Source of the DNA: a virus
Reading direction: 5' to 3' (one strand)
Length of the DNA: 64,000 nt
IMG/VR virus record: IMGVR_UViG_3300032224_000970
Coordinates: 32,001 to 96,000 of that record
Under the pieces are notes generated by a model that was not told where the DNA came from, ran no database searches, and saw nothing but the letters and a program-made list of their open reading frames with translations. This document shows, piece after piece, positions 40,351-50,053 of the stretch. Both the position numbers and the translations under genes were made by a program. Numbering within the stretch: the stretch's first letter is position 1; each line of letters begins with the position of its first letter.

Positions 40351-40893
40351 GTGGCTCATTACGTAGACAATAAAGAATTTTTAAAAGCGATCACTGAACA
40401 TCGAGCGAAGGTGATGGATGCAAAGGAGAAAGGTTTACCCTTACCCCAAGTACCAAATTATCTCGGCGACTGCATTCTTAAGATAGCAACACACCTATCT
40501 TACAAACCCAACTTCATAAACTATTCATACCGAGAAGAGATGATCTCTGATGGCATTGAAAACTGTTTACAATATTTCAATAACTTTGATCCTGCAAAAT
40601 CTTCAAATCCTTTCGCATACTTCACGCAAATTATCTACTATGCATTCTTGCGTAGGATAGCTACTGAGAAGAAACAAACATACGTTAAAGGTAAGCTGAT
40701 TCAAGACATGCCATTCGATGCTTTTGAGTTACAAGAGCATGACGAAGATGGACAATATCAAAATGCTTATCTTGACTTCATGCAAAACAATCAGAACTTT
40801 GATGACTTTATTGAACGTAAGAAAGAAAAGCGTAAGAAGAAAAAAGAGCAATCTACCCTTGATGAATTTATTGGATTGAAAGATGAACAATGA
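40351..40893 (+). CDS. gp55: Late-transcription sigma factor gp55
   Basis: HYVDNKEFL; HLSYKPNFINYSYREEMISDGIENC; NPFAYFTQIIYYAFLRRI..EKKQ. Probable GTG start at 40351. Confidence 0.95.
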   Translation: MAHYVDNKEFLKAITEHRAKVMDAKEKGLPLPQVPNYLGDCILKIATHLSYKPNFINYSYREEMISDGIENCLQYFNNFDPAKSSNPFAYFTQIIYYAFLRRIATEKKQTYVKGKLIQDMPFDAFELQEHDEDGQYQNAYLDFMQNNQNFDDFIERKKEKRKKKKEQSTLDEFIGLKDEQ

Positions 40894-42071
40894 GTTTTGA
40901 TTTACGTGATTATATAACTACATTAAGAAATGCGCCAGCTTTGCGTAGAACAAAACCAGCGACAGCATCCCGAAAAAGAAGAGCTAAAAGATTATTGCGT
41001 AAACATGTGTGGCACCCTTCTGATAATGTTTTTAATTTGAAAGAGATTATGAGTAATAATGACAATAAAATTTTCCTTGGTGTGTCAGATACTGAAGATC
41101 TGATCACTGCTGAGATTATGAAATTACGTGCAGACGAAAACAAAACAACAGTGCAAAGAGAGACCACTGTTCTTTGTAATCGTGCTCGCTGGGCTGACTG
41201 GGCAGAGAATCATTACATAGATTATCTGTATGTGCAGCACAACTCTTCTGCAGGTATGATTATCGATAAGAAAAATAACAGTCTCAACTTTATTAAGTTT
41301 GATGTTAACAGCAACTCAACTACAGTACGTGCATATGGCGATGTAGATTTTTGTGAAGAACAAATTGAAATCGTTGAAGATAACTTTGATGTTGTATCAT
41401 CTTATGTTGAATGGGTTTATACTTCTGATGGTAACTCTGTCAATGTCCCACTGAATCGTGATCGTCTTCCAGTTGCAGAGATGTATCCATTCCTTAAAGA
41501 CGAAAGTCTTGAGGACTACTACGATCGTTATATGGCATCGTCAGCAAATATTCTTTTGTTGATTGGACCTCCAGGAACTGGTAAGACTACTTTCATTCGT
41601 GGTCTACTTGCACATCGCAATTGCTCTGCGATCGTTACCTATGACGCAGGCATCCTTGAGAAAGATTCTTTCTTTGCTAAATTCATTGAAGATGATTCCG
41701 AAGTTATGGTGCTTGAAGATAGCGATGCTTTCCTGAAGTCTCGTAGCGATGGTAATACAATGATGCACCGATTCCTAAATGTAGGTGATGGTCTTGTTAC
41801 AACTAAAGGTAAGAAGATGATTTTCTCTACCAATCTTCCAAGCATTCGTGATATTGATTCTGCTCTTATTCGTCCAGGACGTTGCTTTGATATTGTTGAA
41901 TTCAAACCACTGTCTCTGTTTGACGCTAAGAAATTGGCAGATAAACTTGATGCTAAACTACCAGTACGCAATGGTGGTGAAGTTGTTGAGTACTCTATTG
42001 CTGAGGTATTCAATCAGCAGTCTGAGCAAAGTAAACAAACACAAGCAAATAGAAGGATGGGGTTTGTATGA
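40890..42071 (+). CDS. AAA+ ATPase
   Basis: GPPGTGKT Walker A, VLEDSD Walker B, STN sensor 1, DSALIRPGRCFD arginine finger, C-terminal MGF. Alternative start near 41049. Confidence 0.85.
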   Translation: MSFDLRDYITTLRNAPALRRTKPATASRKRRAKRLLRKHVWHPSDNVFNLKEIMSNNDNKIFLGVSDTEDLITAEIMKLRADENKTTVQRETTVLCNRARWADWAENHYIDYLYVQHNSSAGMIIDKKNNSLNFIKFDVNSNSTTVRAYGDVDFCEEQIEIVEDNFDVVSSYVEWVYTSDGNSVNVPLNRDRLPVAEMYPFLKDESLEDYYDRYMASSANILLLIGPPGTGKTTFIRGLLAHRNCSAIVTYDAGILEKDSFFAKFIEDDSEVMVLEDSDAFLKSRSDGNTMMHRFLNVGDGLVTTKGKKMIFSTNLPSIRDIDSALIRPGRCFDIVEFKPLSLFDAKKLADKLDAKLPVRNGGEVVEYSIAEVFNQQSEQSKQTQANRRMGFV

Positions 42072-42220
42072 TCACCATACGTTTAACAAATGAAGATGGA
42101 ACTTTTGTTGAACATCATTTTGCAAACTTTGACGATGCTGTAGCATTTTACAAAGATAACTTCGAGTTAGTTTATAAGGCAGAGGTACTAGAAATAAATG
42201 AAAATTGCGATCATCACTGA
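42068..42220 (+). CDS. Small hypothetical protein (50 aa, not in the ORF track)
   Basis: ATGA overlap with the ATPase stop; MITIRLTNEDGTFVEHHF... fills the gap to gp47. Confidence 0.5.
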   Translation: MITIRLTNEDGTFVEHHFANFDDAVAFYKDNFELVYKAEVLEINENCDHH

Positions 42221-43253
42221 CCAACACTTTGGTGCTAGGAATGACAGTATAGCATTCCTAGATTTTTTTGAAAGGTTCTACAATGATATATTCTTTAGTA
42301 ATCTGGACGCTAATAATATTGAACATCTTCTTATCCTTGGTGATACTTTTGACAGACGAAAATATGTAAACTTCTATTCGCTGCAACGTGCGAAAGAAAT
42401 GTTCTTTGATAAACTTGAAGAACGTGGTATCACTGTTCATATGCTCGCTGGCAATCATGACACTTACTATAAGAATACCAATGATGTAAACTCACCTGAT
42501 CTTCTTCTACGTGAGTATGCAAACATTACAGTTATTGATACACCACAGACCATCACAATTGATGGAACGAAAATCTGTATGATGCCATGGATCTGTCCAG
42601 AGAACTATCAAGAATCATTGGATCATATTCAAACTACCGATGCCGAAATTTGTATGGGGCATTTTGAGATTGCTGGCTTCGCAATGTATAGAGGGATGGA
42701 ATCACATGATGGTTTATCTAAAGATCTTTTTAATAAGTTTGATCTCGTATTTTCTGGGCATTATCACCATCGCTCTAGTGATAAACACATTCATTATCTC
42801 GGAAACCCATATGAACTTACTTGGCAAGATTTTAATGATCCCCGAGGATTCCATCTGTTCGATCTATCAACAAGAGAACTTGGATTCATTCAAAATCCTT
42901 ATACAATGTTCTGTAGAATCGAATACGACGATAAAGAGCAAGAGCCACTTGATCTAGACACACTTGACCTAAAGAACATGTATGTTAAGTTGATTGTAGT
43001 CAACAAAACTGACTATTATAAATTTGACAAATTCATTCAGAAGCTGTATAATAAGGGAAGTCACGAGATCAAGATTGTTGAGAATCTATCTGAGTTTGAG
43101 GATGGTGAAGTCGGTGAAGAAATCAATCTTGAAGATACACTAAGTGTTCTTTCAAACTATATCGACTCTGTACAAACTGATGTTGATAAAGAACAAGTTA
43201 AAACATATATGAAGTCTCTATACACTGAGGCAGTTAACGTAGAGGTGGTATAA
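42198..43253 (+). CDS. gp47: Recombination endonuclease subunit gp47 (Mre11/SbcD-like)
   Basis: TDQHFG, GDTFD, GNHD, GHFE and SGHYH phosphoesterase motifs. Confidence 0.95.
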   Translation: MKIAIITDQHFGARNDSIAFLDFFERFYNDIFFSNLDANNIEHLLILGDTFDRRKYVNFYSLQRAKEMFFDKLEERGITVHMLAGNHDTYYKNTNDVNSPDLLLREYANITVIDTPQTITIDGTKICMMPWICPENYQESLDHIQTTDAEICMGHFEIAGFAMYRGMESHDGLSKDLFNKFDLVFSGHYHHRSSDKHIHYLGNPYELTWQDFNDPRGFHLFDLSTRELGFIQNPYTMFCRIEYDDKEQEPLDLDTLDLKNMYVKLIVVNKTDYYKFDKFIQKLYNKGSHEIKIVENLSEFEDGEVGEEINLEDTLSVLSNYIDSVQTDVDKEQVKTYMKSLYTEAVNVEVV

Positions 43254-43573
43254 TGCAACAGCTAGAGATTAAATTCTTTTGGCCATTGACAGAACAGATT
43301 CCGCTGGACTTGGATTTTAAACCAAGCGAAGATTATGAAGATGAGAAAAGAGCAGTTAGGTATTGGGCAAACAATACCATCGCTTCAGGAATTTATCTTC
43401 TCTCGAATGGTGGTACTGGTGGTACCTGGACAACTATCTCAAAAGATCTTGGTGAACCATCATTTACTATTGATGTTGACTATACACCAATTACTATTAA
43501 GTCAAAAGAAAAACCAAACTTTATTAAAAGATACATCTACAAAATGTTGGGTATGAAATGGAAGGCTAAATGA
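43253..43573 (+). CDS. Hypothetical protein between gp47 and gp46
   Basis: Translationally coupled ORF (TAATG junction). Confidence 0.55.
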   Translation: MQQLEIKFFWPLTEQIPLDLDFKPSEDYEDEKRAVRYWANNTIASGIYLLSNGGTGGTWTTISKDLGEPSFTIDVDYTPITIKSKEKPNFIKRYIYKMLGMKWKAK

Positions 43574-45285
43574 TCATTTTCAAATCTGTTGAGTGGAAGA
43601 ATTTCCTATCAACTGGTAATTCACCAAATAAAGTATTACTGGATAAATCATCAACTACGTTAATCATCGGCAAGAATGGTGAAGGTAAAAGTACAATCTT
43701 AGATGCATTGTGCTTCTCGTTGTTTGGTAAACCTTTCCGTAACATCAACAAGAATCAACTTATCAACAGTATCAATGGTAAGGGGTGTCTAGTCACAATT
43801 GAATTTTCTATAGGATCAAAAGATTATAAAATTGTACGTGGAATAAAACCAAATTTGTTTGAGATTTACTGTGATGGTGAGATGTTGAATCAAGAAGCAG
43901 CAAGTCGTGACTATCAAAAGGTTCTCGAGCAACAGATCCTACGTCTCAACTATAAGACATTCACGCAGGTAGTTATCCTTGGCTCTGCTTCCTTTGTTCC
44001 TTTTATGCAGCTGCCTTCTGGACAACGCAGAGAAGTTATCGAAGACATCCTTGACATTCGTATCTTCTCTACAATGAATACGATATTAAAAGATAAAGCG
44101 CAGGAAACTAAAGATGCTATTGCCAAAATCGAAAATGAAATCTCCGCTGCAAAGACGAAGGTCGACTCACAACAAGCGATCATTAAAACAATTGCTGAAG
44201 CGAAAACGAATGCCATCGAAAATATCAGAGCGAAAATTTCTGCAAACACTGCTGAGATTTTATCTGGTGAGATCGAGATATCTACCATCTTGGAGGAGAT
44301 CGATACTCTTAAAGCAAGCATCAATGACAAGGAAACTGTTGCTGAAGACATCGACAAAGCAAAGTCGTTCAGAAGTAAATTTCTCCAGCAAATTGAAACA
44401 TGTGAGCATAACTCAGAATTCTTTAACTCACATGATGTTTGCCCTTCATGTAGACAAGGTATACCTGAGGAACATAAATCGAACATTGTCGAAGATCTTA
44501 ATTCGCAGTTGGTGGAACAGAACAGAAAAGTTGGTGAACTCGAAACAGTTCTCTCCCGCCTTAATGAAAATCTACGTAAGATTACTGAAATCCAATCAAA
44601 GATTACCGAAAAGAATATTGAATTATCGACTAAAAACTCTGCGATCTCCTTACTCAATAAACAGATAAAAACTTTACAAGAGGAAGTTGAAAGCGCAAAG
44701 AATGACACAGCAAATCTTGACGAAGAGAAAGCAAAGTTAAAAGATCTTGCTACTGAAGCGATTAATAAGATTCACACAAAATCATCATTACTTGATCAAC
44801 GTAACTTGGAAGAAGTTGCTTCGGTATTGCTCAAGGATACTGGTATCAAGACAGCTATCATACGTGAGTATCTACCAGTGATGAACAAACTCATCAACAA
44901 GTATTTGAATGCAATGGATGCTTACATACACTTTGAGTTAGATGAGTCTTTCAATGAAGTAGTCAAGTCTCGTTATCGTGATGAGTTTACGTATGCGTCT
45001 TTCTCTGAAGGTGAGAAGATGCGTATTGACTTAGCGATTCTGTTTACTTGGCGTCAGATTGCAAAGATGAAGAACAGCGTGAACACAAACCTTCTGTTGC
45101 TTGATGAAATTTTTGATTCGTCACTTGACAATGCAGGAACTGACTACTTCCTTAACCTGATGAATCAGTTTGGCGAGAAGAGCAACATCTTTGTTATCTC
45201 CCACAAAGGCGACCAGCTGTTTGATAAGTTTAGGTCAGTCATCAAATTTGAGAAGCGCAACGACTTCTCTGTCATCGTACCCTAG
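43570..45285 (+). CDS. gp46: Recombination ATPase subunit gp46 (Rad50/SbcC-like)
   Basis: GKNGEGKS, CPSC zinc hook, FSEGE signature, LLLDEIFD. Confidence 0.95.
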   Translation: MIIFKSVEWKNFLSTGNSPNKVLLDKSSTTLIIGKNGEGKSTILDALCFSLFGKPFRNINKNQLINSINGKGCLVTIEFSIGSKDYKIVRGIKPNLFEIYCDGEMLNQEAASRDYQKVLEQQILRLNYKTFTQVVILGSASFVPFMQLPSGQRREVIEDILDIRIFSTMNTILKDKAQETKDAIAKIENEISAAKTKVDSQQAIIKTIAEAKTNAIENIRAKISANTAEILSGEIEISTILEEIDTLKASINDKETVAEDIDKAKSFRSKFLQQIETCEHNSEFFNSHDVCPSCRQGIPEEHKSNIVEDLNSQLVEQNRKVGELETVLSRLNENLRKITEIQSKITEKNIELSTKNSAISLLNKQIKTLQEEVESAKNDTANLDEEKAKLKDLATEAINKIHTKSSLLDQRNLEEVASVLLKDTGIKTAIIREYLPVMNKLINKYLNAMDAYIHFELDESFNEVVKSRYRDEFTYASFSEGEKMRIDLAILFTWRQIAKMKNSVNTNLLLLDEIFDSSLDNAGTDYFLNLMNQFGEKSNIFVISHKGDQLFDKFRSVIKFEKRNDFSVIVP

Positions 45286-45293
45286 GAAAAAAT

Positions 45294-45373
45294 CCTTTAA
45301 AATCAATGACTTACGCATTCCCCTACCCTCTGTAGGGGAATCGCTTTACTTTAATTCAACTTTAGGGCATAAT
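45294..45373 (+). promoter_or_regulatory. Cassette copy 1: IHF-consensus site + hairpin + sigma70 promoter
   Basis: AATCAATGACTTA 45301-45313 (WATCAA-N4-TTR); hairpin TTCCCCTAC/GTAGGGGAA 45318-45340; TTTACT-17-CATAAT 45345-45373. Confidence 0.75.
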
Positions 45374-45406
45374 TCCTGTATCGACTAAGAAAACGAAAGG
45401 GAAATT

Positions 45407-45601
45407 ATGTGGGACGACTTTAGCGACTACGAGCTAGTCGAGTTGGCTGGCTCTTATGGTCTTGAAGATTCAGTGGTCTTTGCAAACGATTTGAGTCTTG
45501 CAAACCGAGCCGAAGTAGAGAAGTTGTTGACTCTCGCTGAATATGACCTTGCCTTCCCGATTGAAATACTTGACAATAATTCAGAAGTAGAGTATAATTG
45601 A
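45407..45601 (+). CDS. Small acidic early protein
   Basis: 64 aa, AAGGGA SD, directly behind an early promoter. Confidence 0.65.
   Translation: MWDDFSDYELVELAGSYGLEDSVVFANDLSLANRAEVEKLLTLAEYDLAFPIEILDNNSEVEYN
45570..45598 (+). promoter_or_regulatory. Consensus sigma70 promoter
   Basis: TTGACA-17 nt-TATAAT. Confidence 0.9.
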
Positions 45602-45623
45602 GTTATACACAAAGGACTATATT

Positions 45624-47813
45624 ATGAAAATGAATTCAGTTGACCTCGCTGCAAAACTTCTTGCAAACGAAAACATCACTGTGGTGCGTGCGAATGTTAG
45701 TACCGCATCCTTTGACATCAAATCCCGTGTTCTCACACTTCCGCAATGGAAGGACATGACTCCCGAACAAGAGCAGATGCTTGTCGGTCATGAAGTTGGA
45801 CACGCACTCTACACAACCGAAGAATATAGCGATAGCGTTAAAGAACAAATGTCGCTAATGGGTTACCTCAATGTGATCGAAGATGTACGCATCGAGAAAC
45901 TTATGAAGCGAGAGTATCCTGGTATCCGTAAGGTGATGGCTGAGGGTTATCGTCAGCTGAATGAAAAAGACTTTTTTGGTATCTCTAAAATTCCAGATCT
46001 GTCCTCACTCAATCTGATCGACCGCATCAACCTATACTTCAAAGCTGGTTATCAGTGTGGTGTTCGATTCACTGCTGAAGAGAAAGTGCTTGTAGATGCA
46101 GTTGAACGTACCGAATCTGTAGAAGAAGTTATTGACCTTGCGAAGAAGGTATATGACTTCTCGAAGGCATCTGCCGAGAAGAAAATGAGTGAGCGTAAAC
46201 TCAACATCACTGCAGAAGATCTACAAGAACAAGAAGATGAATTTGATGAATTTAATGACAATCTTGATTATGAAGATTTGATTGCTGATGGTGAGATCGA
46301 TCCTGATCTTGATGCGGAAGACGATTACAATCGTACACCATCTATCGGTCGTGATATGCGCACTCCCGAACAGAAAGAAGCTGATAGCAAAGCACAAGAA
46401 GAAAAACAAATAGAGAAAGAGTTGGAGTCTATCACCGAAAAAACATTCCAAGAAAAATTGGAAGCACTTGCTGATACTGATACTGAATACTTCTACTACA
46501 ACTTAGAAGAGAACTACAAGTTTGATCCTATCGTTGACTACAAACGTATTTTGCGTGAGACTGTTTTAGTAGAAGACCAGCTGAAAGGAAATGCAGCTGC
46601 TAAAGAAAAATTGGAACAGTTTAAGGTTGACTCTTCACGTATTGTGAGTTACTTAATCAAAGAATTTGAGATGCGTAAGAGTGCGACTCTTTACAAACGT
46701 GCTCAGGTCTCTAAGAGTGGTTCTCTGGATATGACCAAAGTTTGGTCTTACAAATTGAATGAGGATTTGTTCAAACGTGTAACTACCATCCCTCAGGGTA
46801 AAAACCATGGTATGGTTTTCTTGCTTGACTGGTCTGGTTCTATGGATTATGTTTTGAATGACACTATGAAACAGGTAATTAGTCTTGCGATGTTCTGCCA
46901 TCGTGCGCAAATTCCTTATCAGGTTCTTGCATTCTCATCACAGTACTCAATCTTTGGTGATGATACTGGTTACAAGATGAATGATCTTAGACGTGAGTTC
47001 TACCATTCAAACAAAGATGAAAAATTGAATTCCAAAATTTCAAAACTTGGTAATGCTGTAAATGCATTCGCACTGTTGGAATTGTTCTCTAGCAAAATGA
47101 GTAACGTAGAATTCAATACAATGATGCGTCGTTTCATTGACCCATATATGCTGCGTTACATTCCAGGTAACCAGTATACAACTGGTGGTACACCATTGAA
47201 CGAAGCACTCGGTTATATGGTGTCTTACTTGCCGAAGTTTGCCAAAACTAACAACGTGGAAAAAATGTCACTGATTACATTGACAGATGGCGAAGGTCAT
47301 ATGCTTGACACTGATAATGGTACTCGATTCAAGAGTTTTGGATATAACAATGACTACAGCAAGAAAAGAAATATGCGTCACTTCTTGCAAGATCCGCAAA
47401 CGAAAAAGACATATGAGGTTGCTGATAATGGTTTCAGTCAAACCGAATCGATTATCCGTATGATGAAAGATCGTTATAACATTAACATCATTGGCTTCTA
47501 TATCTGCGAGAATGGTCGTCGTGCACTGGGTAATGCTATTCGTGCAAACATTCCAGGCTATGCTGGTAGCGTTGATGTGTTGGTTGACATCTGGCGTAAC
47601 CAATTTCGTGACTATGGTTTTGCTTCAGTCAAGAGCAGTGGACGTGATGACCTGTTTATTGTTCCTATGAACAAACTCAAAGTTGAGGATGGTGAAATGG
47701 AAGTTGCGGAGAAGCAAACTGCAAAACAGATTGCAAGGTCTTTCACCAAACACCTGACTGGACGCAAGACTTCTCGAGTCCTGTTGAACCAGTTTATCGG
47801 CTACGTAGCGTAG
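45624..47813 (+). CDS. CobT-like protein: HEXXH metallopeptidase-like domain + acidic linker + vWA domain
   Basis: HEVGH, NVIEDVRIE, MIDAS DWSGS, GGTPL, LTDGE. Confidence 0.85.
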   Translation: MKMNSVDLAAKLLANENITVVRANVSTASFDIKSRVLTLPQWKDMTPEQEQMLVGHEVGHALYTTEEYSDSVKEQMSLMGYLNVIEDVRIEKLMKREYPGIRKVMAEGYRQLNEKDFFGISKIPDLSSLNLIDRINLYFKAGYQCGVRFTAEEKVLVDAVERTESVEEVIDLAKKVYDFSKASAEKKMSERKLNITAEDLQEQEDEFDEFNDNLDYEDLIADGEIDPDLDAEDDYNRTPSIGRDMRTPEQKEADSKAQEEKQIEKELESITEKTFQEKLEALADTDTEYFYYNLEENYKFDPIVDYKRILRETVLVEDQLKGNAAAKEKLEQFKVDSSRIVSYLIKEFEMRKSATLYKRAQVSKSGSLDMTKVWSYKLNEDLFKRVTTIPQGKNHGMVFLLDWSGSMDYVLNDTMKQVISLAMFCHRAQIPYQVLAFSSQYSIFGDDTGYKMNDLRREFYHSNKDEKLNSKISKLGNAVNAFALLELFSSKMSNVEFNTMMRRFIDPYMLRYIPGNQYTTGGTPLNEALGYMVSYLPKFAKTNNVEKMSLITLTDGEGHMLDTDNGTRFKSFGYNNDYSKKRNMRHFLQDPQTKKTYEVADNGFSQTESIIRMMKDRYNINIIGFYICENGRRALGNAIRANIPGYAGSVDVLVDIWRNQFRDYGFASVKSSGRDDLFIVPMNKLKVEDGEMEVAEKQTAKQIARSFTKHLTGRKTSRVLLNQFIGYVA

Positions 47814-47824
47814 AGAGGGCTAAA

Positions 47825-47886
47825 AAAGTCCTTTAAAATCAATGACTTACGGAGTGCTTTACTTTAATTCAGAACTAGGGTATAAT
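47825..47886 (+). promoter_or_regulatory. Cassette copy 2: IHF-consensus site + sigma70 promoter
   Basis: AATCAATGACTTA 47837-47849; TTTACT-17-TATAAT 47858-47886. Confidence 0.8.
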
Positions 47887-47935
47887 TCTCTTGTAGGCTT
47901 GTGAAATGTTGTTAACTTTATGATGGAGAAAATTG

Positions 47936-49093
47936 ATGGCTAAAATTACCGAAGGTCAGAAGGCAGTTTTTGAAGAGAAACTCTTTGCAAAATTTCCTGA
48001 TGTCAAAACCACTAAGACTGTGACACGTAAACAGTTGCTTGAGATTCGTGAGGAAATGGGTAACCAGTTCCATCCTTTGTGGCTCATGCAAAATGTTATC
48101 GGTCGTGGCTTGTATGCAATCGATGGTGGTGCAGCTACCCCTGTCGTTATCGGCAATACCGTAACTAAACCTGTACAGAAAGCAGAATCATTCGTGGTTG
48201 ATTATACTGATATTGATGCGTTGATCCCGAAGAAGGATTCAAATTTTGTTCCTTTCGGTAACTTTTCTGATGTTGAAAACATTATCAAGGCAGGTATTTT
48301 TTATCCTTCCTACATCAGTGGTCCTACTGGGAATGGTAAGTCAACGATGATTGAGCAGATCTGTGCCAAGCACAAGAAGCCACTCATTCGTGTTAACCTG
48401 AATATGATGACTGACGAAGAACAGCTGATCGGTTCAAAAACACTGATCGAAGGTAACGTGCAGATCGTTGAGGGTCCAGTCCTGATTGCAATGCGCACTG
48501 GTTGCACTTTGCTGCTTGACGAAATTGACGCTGGCTCTGCAAATACTTTGCTGTGCTTGCAACCGATTCTTGAGGGTAAGCCATATTACTTCAAACTCAA
48601 GAATGAAATGATTGTTCCTGCTGCTGGTTTCAATATCATTGCAACTGCGAACACTAAGGGTAAAGGTTCAGACGATGGTCGTTACATCGGTACCAACGTG
48701 CTGAACGAAGCATTCTTGGAACGATTTGCTGTTACATTCGAACAAGAATATCCGAATGCCAAAGTTGAAGTTAAGATTATCAAGAATCTGATGGAAACTT
48801 ATGCATGTGTTGACGAAGAGTTTGCAAATACCCTTGTTAAGTGGGCTGAAGCAATTCGTCGCACCTTTGATGATGGTGGTGTGGATGAGACGATCACGAC
48901 TCGTCGTATGACTCATATCGTTCGTGCCTTTGCAATCTTCAAAGACCGTAAGAAGGCAGTTGAACTTTGCTGCAATCGTTTTGACTCTGCAACGAAACTT
49001 GCATTCCAGGATCTGTTTGAGAAGGTATCAAACCCTGTGGTCGAGCCAGTTGCAGCACCTCAACCGACTGCAACAGATGAAGTGCCATTTTAA
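47936..49093 (+). CDS. CobS-like MoxR AAA+ ATPase with N-terminal putative DNA-binding domain
   Basis: GPTGNGKS, LLLDEID, ATANTKGKGSDDGRYIGTNVLNEAFLERF, ITTRR. Confidence 0.9.
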   Translation: MAKITEGQKAVFEEKLFAKFPDVKTTKTVTRKQLLEIREEMGNQFHPLWLMQNVIGRGLYAIDGGAATPVVIGNTVTKPVQKAESFVVDYTDIDALIPKKDSNFVPFGNFSDVENIIKAGIFYPSYISGPTGNGKSTMIEQICAKHKKPLIRVNLNMMTDEEQLIGSKTLIEGNVQIVEGPVLIAMRTGCTLLLDEIDAGSANTLLCLQPILEGKPYYFKLKNEMIVPAAGFNIIATANTKGKGSDDGRYIGTNVLNEAFLERFAVTFEQEYPNAKVEVKIIKNLMETYACVDEEFANTLVKWAEAIRRTFDDGGVDETITTRRMTHIVRAFAIFKDRKKAVELCCNRFDSATKLAFQDLFEKVSNPVVEPVAAPQPTATDEVPF

Positions 49094-49095
49094 AT

Positions 49096-49124
49096 TTGAC
49101 ATTTATTCAAAAGTGTAGTATACT
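49096..49124 (+). promoter_or_regulatory. sigma70 promoter
   Basis: TTGACA-17 nt-TATACT. Confidence 0.88.
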
Positions 49125-49154
49125 TCTATTGTTAACTTGATAAAGGAATTGATT

Positions 49155-49637
49155 ATGAAAAAATTTGCTGACCTGTCCAAAGCCCAGAAACAATTTTGCG
49201 TGCGTATTTTGGATGTATGTCCTCAATACCGTAAGCAGAAAGATCTGACATGGAAGGAACTGCTTGCTGGTTACTTCTTGCTGAAAGACCAACGTAAGCA
49301 AACTGGCGAGAAGATTGGTTTCCCGATGTGGCTTCAGAAAACTAATATCGTGGGACGTGGTACTTATCAAATGCCATGGCCAACTGATAAAGAACTTTCT
49401 GACTACGTCGCAGCCAAGACTGCACCTAAAGCTGTTAAGCAGCCGAAGGTTGCCAAAGTCAAGGTAGCCAAAGTTAAAGCAACTAAGACTGTAGCAAAAT
49501 CTAAACCTGCTGCACCTGTTGCTGATACGGATCTCGGTAAGTCTCGTTTGCAATCTATCATCGATGACTCAGTGTCTCATGATGCAGACGAAGAAGACTT
49601 TAACCAGATCCTGCGTGAGAATGGTATCGAAGTCTAA
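49155..49637 (+). CDS. Putative DNA-binding protein: paralog of the CobS-like N-domain + K/A/P/V-rich tail
   Basis: FPMWLQKTNIVGRGTY matches HPLWLMQNVIGRGLY of the upstream ATPase; AAKTAPKAVKQPKVAKVKVAKVKATK; acidic end. AAGGA SD before the ATG at 49155. Confidence 0.65.
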   Translation: MKKFADLSKAQKQFCVRILDVCPQYRKQKDLTWKELLAGYFLLKDQRKQTGEKIGFPMWLQKTNIVGRGTYQMPWPTDKELSDYVAAKTAPKAVKQPKVAKVKVAKVKATKTVAKSKPAAPVADTDLGKSRLQSIIDDSVSHDADEEDFNQILRENGIEV

Positions 49638-49652
49638 TTTTAGATTTCTCTA

Positions 49653-49697
49653 ATCGGGTAGAGGGAAAGCCATCCCCTCTCCCGATCTTTTTATTTT
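49653..49697 (+). terminator. Rho-independent terminator
   Basis: ATCGGG-t-AGAGGG...CCCTCT-CCCGAT followed by CTTTTTATTTT. Confidence 0.75.
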
Positions 49698-49725
49698 GAT
49701 GGCGTGTTAATTATGGAGACATTAT

Positions 49726-49995
49726 ATGTCCAAACAAGCAAAGTTGTTGTCTTATTTGCAGTCTGGTAATGAAGTGACTGTTAAACAGATTTCTGGTGTG
49801 TTCGGTATCGCTCACCCAGCATCTGCAATTCGTAACCTACGTGAGCAAGGCTACTGCGTTTACACTAACGCTGCTAAACTCTCTGATGGTACTCGTACTA
49901 CTAAGTACCGTATCGGTGCTCCAAGCAAGCGTATGATTCGTCTCGTGAATCTTATCGCTGGTGCATCTGCTTTTACCGCACAGCGTAAAGGCTAA
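49726..49995 (+). CDS. Winged helix-turn-helix protein
   Basis: LL.YL.SG..VT..QI...FGI......I..LR.QGY.VY.N...KYRIG pattern. Confidence 0.75.
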   Translation: MSKQAKLLSYLQSGNEVTVKQISGVFGIAHPASAIRNLREQGYCVYTNAAKLSDGTRTTKYRIGAPSKRMIRLVNLIAGASAFTAQRKG

Positions 49996-50004
49996 TTGAG
50001 TAAC

Positions 50005-50040
50005 TGAGTCTGGGTATCTCTAGGTACTCAGACTCATTTT
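50005..50040 (+). terminator. Long hairpin / terminator
   Basis: TGAGTCTGGGTATC-tcta-GGTACTCAGACTCA followed by TTTT. Confidence 0.7.
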
Positions 50041-50053
50041 ATTATGGGATACT

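Noticed and set aside
45624-49093. cobS/cobT as cobalamin-biosynthesis auxiliary genes
   Set aside because: No cobN or other cob genes are present. The HEXXH domain and extra N-domain fit a generic MoxR-vWA pair.
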